From Clostridia bacterium (GTDB lineage Bacteria; Bacillota; Clostridia; Oscillospirales; CAG-272), in NCBI GenBank assembly GCA_017461475.1, contig JAFTXX010000002.1, positions 17,127 to 81,126 of the forward strand: a stretch of DNA of 64,000 nt. Reading direction: 5' to 3'. A program made the position numbers and the translations under genes. The notes below the pieces were generated by a model. The model made no database searches, had not been told where the DNA came from, and worked only from the letters and a program-made list of their open reading frames with translations. This document shows positions 57,957 to 64,000 of the stretch, in pieces (position 1 is the first letter of the stretch; each line of letters begins with the position of its first letter).

Positions 57957-58401
57957 TGTTCACCGTCTTGTTAACGGTAGAAAAATGATTATCGGCGGAG
58001 TGGAGATTGGCAGTCCGCTCGGACTGCTTGGACATTCCGACGCAGATGTGTTGCTTCATGCAATTATGGATGCTATACTTGGCGCCGCGGCACTCGGTGA
58101 CATCGGCAAGCATTTTCCTGACAGTGACGAGAAATATCGTGGAATAAGCAGTGTGCTCTTGCTTGAGTATGTTGGCGCGCTTATTAGAGAAAAAGGATAC
58201 AAAATTGTCAATATCGATTCTACGATTATAGCGCAGGCACCAAAAATGTCTCCGCATATTGAAACAATGCGCAAAAACATCGCAGATGCTTTGAAAATTG
58301 ACATTGATACAGTAAATGTAAAAGCAACCACCGAGGAGAAACTCGGATTTACGGGAACTCGAGAGGGAATTGCGGCACAAGCAATTTGCCTTATAGACTG
58401 A
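57934..58401 (+). CDS. ispF: 2-C-methyl-D-erythritol 2,4-cyclodiphosphate synthase
   Basis: [23 protein letters not shown] and the DIGKHFPD motif. It overlaps the ispD 3' end by 23 nt. Confidence 0.9.
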   Translation: MRIGQGYDVHRLVNGRKMIIGGVEIGSPLGLLGHSDADVLLHAIMDAILGAAALGDIGKHFPDSDEKYRGISSVLLLEYVGALIREKGYKIVNIDSTIIAQAPKMSPHIETMRKNIADALKIDIDTVNVKATTEEKLGFTGTREGIAAQAICLID

Positions 58402-58548
58402 TGCTTGTGCCGCGTATATATTATCGCTGCTGCAAAAACGTTACAGTGTCAACTTCCTTTGATTTTACATCCTGCGTTTTTGCAAGCGGCGTTGCGCTAT
58501 TATTATTTTATGGAGACGGCGGTTTTATGCCACCGAAAAGGAGTACAT

Positions 58549-59232
58549 ATGACTAAACTTTCACCATCCGTACTTTCTGCCGACCTTGCAAATCTTGCAA
58601 AGGAATGCGCTTCAATTGAAAGTGACGGTGCTGACCTTATTCATCTTGATGTTATGGACGGTAATTTTGTACCGAATATCACTTTCGGTGCGCCCGTTAT
58701 AAAGTGGGCAAGACATGCCGCAAAGATTCCTTTTGATGTGCATCTTATGATTGAAGAACCTATACGCTACATTGAGGATTTTGCCGCTGCAGGTGCGGAT
58801 ATAATTACCGTACATTACGAAGCATGCCGTGATATTGAGGCTACGATTGACAAAATCCACGAATGCGGAAAGAAAGCGGGAGTTTCGGTAAAACCGTGCA
58901 CGCCTGTTGACAAACTGTATCCGCTGCTTGATAAAATGGATATGGCGCTTGTCATGACGGTCGAGCCGGGCTTTGGAGGGCAGGGACTTATTCCCGAAAC
59001 GCTTCCAAAAATTAAAGCACTCAAAAATGAGATTACCCGCCGAGGCTTAAAAATTCCGATTGAGGTTGACGGCGGTATAAAGGCAGACAATATTGCCAAT
59101 GTTGCAGAATACGGCGCGGAGATTTTCGTCGCAGGTTCGTCGGTGTTCGGCGAACAGAACCGTGCAAAGGCAATGAGCAAACTTCGTATGGCGATTATAA
59201 ACAGCAAAAAACAGAGAAAGTCGATTCGTTAA
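58549..59232 (+). CDS. rpe: ribulose-phosphate 3-epimerase
   Basis: PSVLSADLANL, HLDVMDG.FVPN, MTVEPGFGGQ and VDGGI. The ATG at 58549 has an AAAGGAG ribosome-binding site. Confidence 0.9.
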   Translation: MTKLSPSVLSADLANLAKECASIESDGADLIHLDVMDGNFVPNITFGAPVIKWARHAAKIPFDVHLMIEEPIRYIEDFAAAGADIITVHYEACRDIEATIDKIHECGKKAGVSVKPCTPVDKLYPLLDKMDMALVMTVEPGFGGQGLIPETLPKIKALKNEITRRGLKIPIEVDGGIKADNIANVAEYGAEIFVAGSSVFGEQNRAKAMSKLRMAIINSKKQRKSIR

Positions 59233-59256
59233 GAGTCGGCTTTCTCTGTTTTTTTG
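59210..59256 (+). terminator. intrinsic terminator of rpe
   Basis: acagagaaagtcga/tcggctttctctgt hairpin spanning the stop codon, followed by TTTTTTT. Confidence 0.65.
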
Positions 59257-59261
59257 CAATA

Positions 59262-59296
59262 AAAAAGCAAACCGTGGGTTAAGCGGTTTGCTTCAA
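59262..59296 (-). terminator. intrinsic terminator of rpsT
   Basis: aagcaaaccg/cggtttgctt hairpin with an A-run on the + strand, which is a T-run for the minus-strand transcript. Confidence 0.65.
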
Positions 59297-59305
59297 GTGC
59301 TTGTA

Positions 59306-59569
59306 TTAGCCAAGGTTGTTGAGCTTAATGGTAAACTGGCTCTTTTTGTGTGCAGCAGCATTCTTGTGAATAATGCCGCGAACTGCAGCCTGGTCAATCT
59401 TCTTAACAGCAGCCTTGTAAGCTTCTGTAGCAGCAGCCTTATCGCCAGCCTCAAGAGCAGCATTGTACTTCTTTACGATAGTGCGGAGCTGAGTCTTGAA
59501 AATCTGGTTCTGAAGGGTCTTAGCTTCGATGACCTTAACGCGCTTTTTAGCGGATTTAATGTTCGGCAA
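59306..59569 (-). CDS. rpsT: 30S ribosomal protein S20
   Basis: (M)PNIKSAKKRVK... A TTG start at 59569 lies 4 nt after GGAGGTGGA. The N-terminal extension in the track is unlikely. Confidence 0.88.
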   Translation of the reverse strand: MPNIKSAKKRVKVIEAKTLQNQIFKTQLRTIVKKYNAALEAGDKAAATEAYKAAVKKIDQAAVRGIIHKNAAAHKKSQFTIKLNNLG

Positions 59570-59805
59570 GAGGTCCACCTCCTTCAAAAAATTTGAGAAT
59601 ATGAACATCAGCCGGTGCCTGAGAGGGTGCACACAGCCAAGTTGACACATTTACAATTCGATATGTTACCACATCTTCGTCAAAAATGCAAGAGCTTTTG
59701 AGAAAAAAATTAAAACTTTTTTTGCCGACAGGCTAATTAACCAATTATGTTTAAAGGATTTTGTATTAAAATAAAATATTTTTTGGAAAAATTTAAAAAA
59801 ATCAC

Positions 59806-59834
59806 TTGACAACCTCGCCCATCAGTGATAAAAT
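59806..59834 (+). promoter_or_regulatory. sigma-A type promoter of rpoB-rpoC
   Basis: TTGACA (59806-59811), a 17-nt spacer, then TAAAAT (59829-59834). This leaves a ~165-nt leader. Confidence 0.6.
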
Positions 59835-60000
59835 ACTATACTGCATTATAATCGCTTTAATTATGCTATCGTGTATATTTAAAGTGGAGGAATATTGCCA
59901 AAACGTGTCGCAAAATCACGCGTTTTGGGTGTGTTTATGCACAAAAAAGTCAACGCTGTCTTATCAGCGAGAATTTAAAGAATGGAGTGATCTTTACAAA

Positions 60001-63000
60001 ATGCTCACACCTCAGAAACTCGGAAAGAACACCAGAATGAGCTTTGCGCAAGTCGGTGAGGCTATTGAGATGCCTAACTTGCTCGAGGTACAGAAAAAGT
60101 CGTTCGAGTGGTTCCTTAAAGAGGGACTCAGAGATGTGCTCGATGATGTTTCTCCTATTGTAGACTATTCGGGTAATCTCGTCATTGAATTTGTAGACTA
60201 TTCTATTGATTCAAAAACTCAATATCCTATTGAGGAGTGCAAAGAGCGCGATGTTAACTATGCTGCGCCTCTCAAGGTTCGTGTAAGACTTACCAATAAG
60301 GAGACAGGCGAGGTTAAAGAGTCTGAGATTTACATGGGTGATTTCCCAATGATGACCGACAACGGCACTTTCGTTATTAACGGTGCTGAAAGAGTTATCG
60401 TTTCTCAGATAGTACGTTCTCCCGGTATCTACTACGGTGACGCTATCGACAAAACCGGTAAGCACATGTATACCGCGACTGTTATCCCTTATCGCGGCGC
60501 ATGGCTTGAGTATGAGACCGACGCCAACGATGCTTTCTTTGTAAAGATTGACAAGACCAGAAAAATTCCGATTACCGTCCTTATCCGTGCTCTCGGTGTT
60601 GAATCCGATGCCGACATCCTTTCCATGTTCGGTGACGAAGCAATGATTACCGCGACCTTTGAGAAGGACGAGTCTGCTGCACTTGCTGCTGAGAACAACT
60701 CCACTCTCGGCGATGAGGCACTTAAGGAAATCTACAAGAAGCTTCGTCCCGGCGAGCCTCCGCTTGTCGAGAGTGCGCAGATTCTTATTAATAATCTTTT
60801 CTTCGATCCCAAGAGATACGACCTCGCACCTGTAGGTCGTTATAAGTACGATAAAAAGCTTGACATTGCAAGCCGTATCGTAAACCACACACTTGCGGCG
60901 CCTGCTGTCAACCCTCTTACCGGTGAGGTTGTATGCGACGCGGGTACCGTTATCACACGCGAACTCGCAAAGGAAATTGAGAAAAACTGCATTAACGATG
61001 TTGTTCTCGCACTTGCTGACGGCACCACTGCTAAAGTTTTCTCCAATAACACTACCGAACCTGAAAACATGCTCGGCTTCGACCTCCGCGACTGTGGTAT
61101 TAAGGAAAAAGTTCGCGTTGCCGTGCTCAGCGAAATCATGGAGCAGTGCGGCGGTGATGTAGACGCTGTTAAGGCTGAGGCTAAGAAGCGTGTTCACGAG
61201 CTTTGCCCCAAACATGTAACCAAGGATGACATTTTTGCTTCCATTAATTATCTTATTAACCTTTCTCACGGCATCGGCGCCACTGATGATATCGACCATC
61301 TCGGCAACCGCCGTATGCGTTGCGTAGGTGAACTCCTTCAGAATCAGCTCCGCATCGGTTTCTCCCGTATGGATAAGATTATTAAGGAAAGAATGACCGT
61401 TCAGGACGGTACAGAACTTCATCCGCAGAACCTTATCAATATTAGACCTGTTGTAACTGCTATCCGCGAGTTCTTCGGTTCTTCGCCGCTTTCGCAGTTC
61501 ATGGACCAGAACAACCCGCTCGCTGAACTTACTCACAAGCGCCGTTTGTCCGCGCTCGGTCCCGGCGGTCTTTCCAGAGATCGCGCGTCCTTTGAAGTCC
61601 GTGACGTTCACTATACTCACTACGGCAGAATGTGTCCTATCGAGACTCCCGAAGGTCCTAACATCGGTCTTATTTCCTACCTTGCTACTTATGCAAGAAT
61701 TTCCGATTACGGCTTTATCGAGGCTCCTTATCGCAAGGTCGATAAGAAGACCGGTAAGGTTACCGACATCGTTGAGTACATGACCGCCGATATCGAAGAC
61801 AACTACATTATTGCACAGGCTAACGAGCCGCTCGATAAAAACGGTAAGTTCGTCAAGAGCCGTATTATCGCTCGTGACAGGTCTGAAATTCTCGAAGTTG
61901 ATGCTTCCGATATAGACTATGTTGACGTTGCTCCCAAGATGCTCGTTTCTGTTGCCACCGCGATGATTCCGTTCCTTGAAAACGACGACAATACCCGTGC
62001 ACTTATGGGTTCGAACATGCAGAAGCAGGCGGTTCCTCTGATGATTTCCGATGCTCCCGTTGTCGGTACCGGCATGGAATATAAAGCGGCCGTAGACTCC
62101 GGTGTTTGCGTAATCGCTAAGCATTCAGGTACAGTTGAGCGTGTTACCGCTGATGAAATCGTTGTTCGTGCCGAAGATGGTACTAAGGATGCGTATCACC
62201 TCATTAAGTTTAAACGTTCCAATCAGGGCACTTGTATCAATCAGAAGCCTATTGTAAACGAGGGTGACACTGTTGAAGCAGGGCAGGTTATAGCTGACGG
62301 TCCCGCTACATCTCAGGGCGAAATTTCGCTTGGTAAGAACGCACTTATCGGATTTATGACATGGGAAGGTTACAACTACGAGGACGCAGTTCTTCTTAAC
62401 GAAAGACTCGTTCGTGACGATATTTATACTTCCATTCATATTGAAGAATATACACATGAAGCAAGAGACACAAAGCTCGGCGAGGAGATTATCACCCGTG
62501 AAATTCCCAACGTAAGCGATGATGTTCTCAAAGACCTTAATTCAGAGGGTATTGTTAAGATTGGTACTGAGGTACGTTCGGGCGATATCCTTGTAGGTAA
62601 GGTTACTCCTAAGGGCGAAACCGAGCTTACCGCTGAAGAAAGACTTCTCCGTGCTATTTTCGGTGAAAAAGCAAGAGAAGTTCGTGATACGTCTCTCCGT
62701 GTTCCTCACGGCGTTGATGGCGTAATCGTTGATGTTAAAGTATTCTCGAGAGACAATCAGGATGACCTTCCTCCCGGGGTTAACAAGGTTGTAAGAGTAT
62801 ATATCGCACAGAAGAGAAAGATTTCTGTCGGCGACAAGATGGCAGGCCGTCACGGTAACAAGGGTGTCGTTTCGCGCATCCTTCCCCCCGAAGACATGCC
62901 TTTCCTTGCAGACGGTACTCCTCTTGACATCGTGCTTAATCCTCTGGGCGTTCCTTCGCGTATGAACATCGGTCAGGTGCTTGAAGTACATCTCGGTCGC

Positions 63001-63882
63001 GCAGCCAAGGAACTCGGATATAAGGTTATGACCCCTGCGTTTGACGGTGCAAGTGAAAGAGACATTCTCGAACTTATGAAAGAAGCAGGTCTCTGCCGCG
63101 AAATCCGTCCTCATGAAAACATCGAGGGCAAGGAAACCGTTGAACTTGTTTATGACGAAGCTAAAGGCAAGAATGTTTGCGTTACTGTTGACAAGAAGAC
63201 TGAGCCTGAGAAGTATGAACAGCTTCTCAGCGAGGGCAAACTTTATGTTGTCGACGGTAAGACCACGCTTTACGACGGCAGAACGGGTGAGCCTTTCGAT
63301 AATCCCGTAACCGTTGGTTACATGTATTATCTCAAGCTCCATCACCTTGTCGATGATAAGATTCATGCACGTTCCACCGGTCCTTACTCGCTCGTTACTC
63401 AGCAGCCTCTCGGCGGTAAAGCTCAGTTCGGCGGTCAGCGTTTCGGTGAAATGGAAGTTTGGGCACTTGAGGCATACGGTGCGGCATATACTCTTCAGGA
63501 GATGCTCACCGTTAAGAGTGACGATGTAACAGGACGTGTTAAGACCTATGAAGCTATCGTTCAGGGTCAGAACATTCCTACTCCCGGTGTTCCCGAAGCG
63601 TTTAAAGTTCTTGTCAAGGAACTTCAGTCTCTTGCACTTGATGTGCGCGTTCTCGACAGCGACGGAAACGAAGTTGAACTCGCTAAGATCGGTGACGATG
63701 AGATCGAAACTCCTAATTATGTAAGTCCTATTGAAGATGAAGACGCAATTTCTGCATCTGACATTGGAGAAACAGTTGCAACAGACGAGTTGTTTGATTC
63801 TTATTCCGAAGAGGAAGATCCCGACAACTCCGATGCAGGTTTCTTCGCCGATGATGTGGATGATGATTCGTTTGAACTCTGA
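60001..63882 (+). CDS. rpoB: DNA-directed RNA polymerase beta subunit
   Basis: Canonical blocks are present ([85 protein letters not shown]). The ATG at 60001 is used because the track start at 59806 coincides with the promoter -35. Confidence 0.93.
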   Translation: MLTPQKLGKNTRMSFAQVGEAIEMPNLLEVQKKSFEWFLKEGLRDVLDDVSPIVDYSGNLVIEFVDYSIDSKTQYPIEECKERDVNYAAPLKVRVRLTNKETGEVKESEIYMGDFPMMTDNGTFVINGAERVIVSQIVRSPGIYYGDAIDKTGKHMYTATVIPYRGAWLEYETDANDAFFVKIDKTRKIPITVLIRALGVESDADILSMFGDEAMITATFEKDESAALAAENNSTLGDEALKEIYKKLRPGEPPLVESAQILINNLFFDPKRYDLAPVGRYKYDKKLDIASRIVNHTLAAPAVNPLTGEVVCDAGTVITRELAKEIEKNCINDVVLALADGTTAKVFSNNTTEPENMLGFDLRDCGIKEKVRVAVLSEIMEQCGGDVDAVKAEAKKRVHELCPKHVTKDDIFASINYLINLSHGIGATDDIDHLGNRRMRCVGELLQNQLRIGFSRMDKIIKERMTVQDGTELHPQNLINIRPVVTAIREFFGSSPLSQFMDQNNPLAELTHKRRLSALGPGGLSRDRASFEVRDVHYTHYGRMCPIETPEGPNIGLISYLATYARISDYGFIEAPYRKVDKKTGKVTDIVEYMTADIEDNYIIAQANEPLDKNGKFVKSRIIARDRSEILEVDASDIDYVDVAPKMLVSVATAMIPFLENDDNTRALMGSNMQKQAVPLMISDAPVVGTGMEYKAAVDSGVCVIAKHSGTVERVTADEIVVRAEDGTKDAYHLIKFKRSNQGTCINQKPIVNEGDTVEAGQVIADGPATSQGEISLGKNALIGFMTWEGYNYEDAVLLNERLVRDDIYTSIHIEEYTHEARDTKLGEEIITREIPNVSDDVLKDLNSEGIVKIGTEVRSGDILVGKVTPKGETELTAEERLLRAIFGEKAREVRDTSLRVPHGVDGVIVDVKVFSRDNQDDLPPGVNKVVRVYIAQKRKISVGDKMAGRHGNKGVVSRILPPEDMPFLADGTPLDIVLNPLGVPSRMNIGQVLEVHLGRAAKELGYKVMTPAFDGASERDILELMKEAGLCREIRPHENIEGKETVELVYDEAKGKNVCVTVDKKTEPEKYEQLLSEGKLYVVDGKTTLYDGRTGEPFDNPVTVGYMYYLKLHHLVDDKIHARSTGPYSLVTQQPLGGKAQFGGQRFGEMEVWALEAYGAAYTLQEMLTVKSDDVTGRVKTYEAIVQGQNIPTPGVPEAFKVLVKELQSLALDVRVLDSDGNEVELAKIGDDEIETPNYVSPIEDEDAISASDIGETVATDELFDSYSEEEDPDNSDAGFFADDVDDDSFEL

Positions 63883-63953
63883 TTTTCCTTTGTTTGTCAA
63901 AGTAAAAAATAATAGGAGAGGTTCTTTTGCACTTGCAAAAGGTGGTATTATAA

Positions 63954-64000
63954 ATGGATAATGTTTTGGATTCTATAAAAATCGGTCTTGCTTCTCCCGA
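63954..64000 (+). CDS. rpoC: DNA-directed RNA polymerase beta' subunit, 5' fragment
   Basis: MDNVLDSIKIGLASP matches the conserved beta' N-terminus, and the position after rpoB fits. The gene is truncated by the window end. Confidence 0.8.
   Translation, partial: MDNVLDSIKIGLASP

Noticed and set aside
59806-60000. 65-aa N-terminal extension of rpoB in the ORF track.
   Set aside because: The proposed start coincides with the TTGACA -35 hexamer. The extension is hydrophobic and Cys-rich with no ribosome-binding site, and the conserved RpoB N-terminus begins at 60001.
60211-63900. Long minus-strand ORFs (60211-62124, 637 aa; 62125-62457; 62542-63900, 452 aa) inside rpoB.
   Set aside because: The opposite strand is an unmistakable rpoB. 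The antisense frames stay open only because of codon bias, and no protein motifs are visible.

Overview
This 64 kb window looks like chromosome from a spore-forming Firmicute, probably class Clostridia. That placement is an inference from the spoIIAA-spoIIAB-sigF operon, the T-box and L-box leaders, GGAGG-type ribosome-binding sites and hairpin plus T-run terminators. All product calls come from motif recognition by eye; no searches were run.

Most of the window is housekeeping:
- a Trp T-box leader controlling trpB and a three-gene ABC importer
- cls
- a lysine-riboswitch-controlled dapA-dapB-lysA operon
- topB, the spoIIA operon, plsY, ligA, gpsA, ispD, ispF, rpe, rpsT, rpoB and the start of rpoC

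Accessory content is interspersed:
1. An agr-type quorum-sensing locus at about 43.2-46.6 kb. It includes a 39-codon AgrD-like gene that is missing from the ORF track and predicts a serine-lactone autoinducer.
2. A 1051-aa protein with an ECF-type sigma factor at the N-terminus and an ~870-aa soluble extension containing an internal duplication.
3. A 104-aa Gly/Arg-rich, tail-anchored protein.
4. A locus made of a PBP-LuxR hybrid regulator, a DUF5107/TPR-like giant protein and two tandem beta-helix surface proteins with poly-Val-KKKK anchors. A third paralog is cut by the window start.
5. A duplicated ABC ATPase/permease module with a two-component system.
6. At least six copies of two related families of long palindromic, MITE/REP-like intergenic elements. 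Several sit between a stop codon and its terminator, or at the edges of AT-rich islets.

I saw no rRNA, tRNA, CRISPR array, transposase or integrase. Many long ORFs in the track are antisense shadows of real genes and were rejected.
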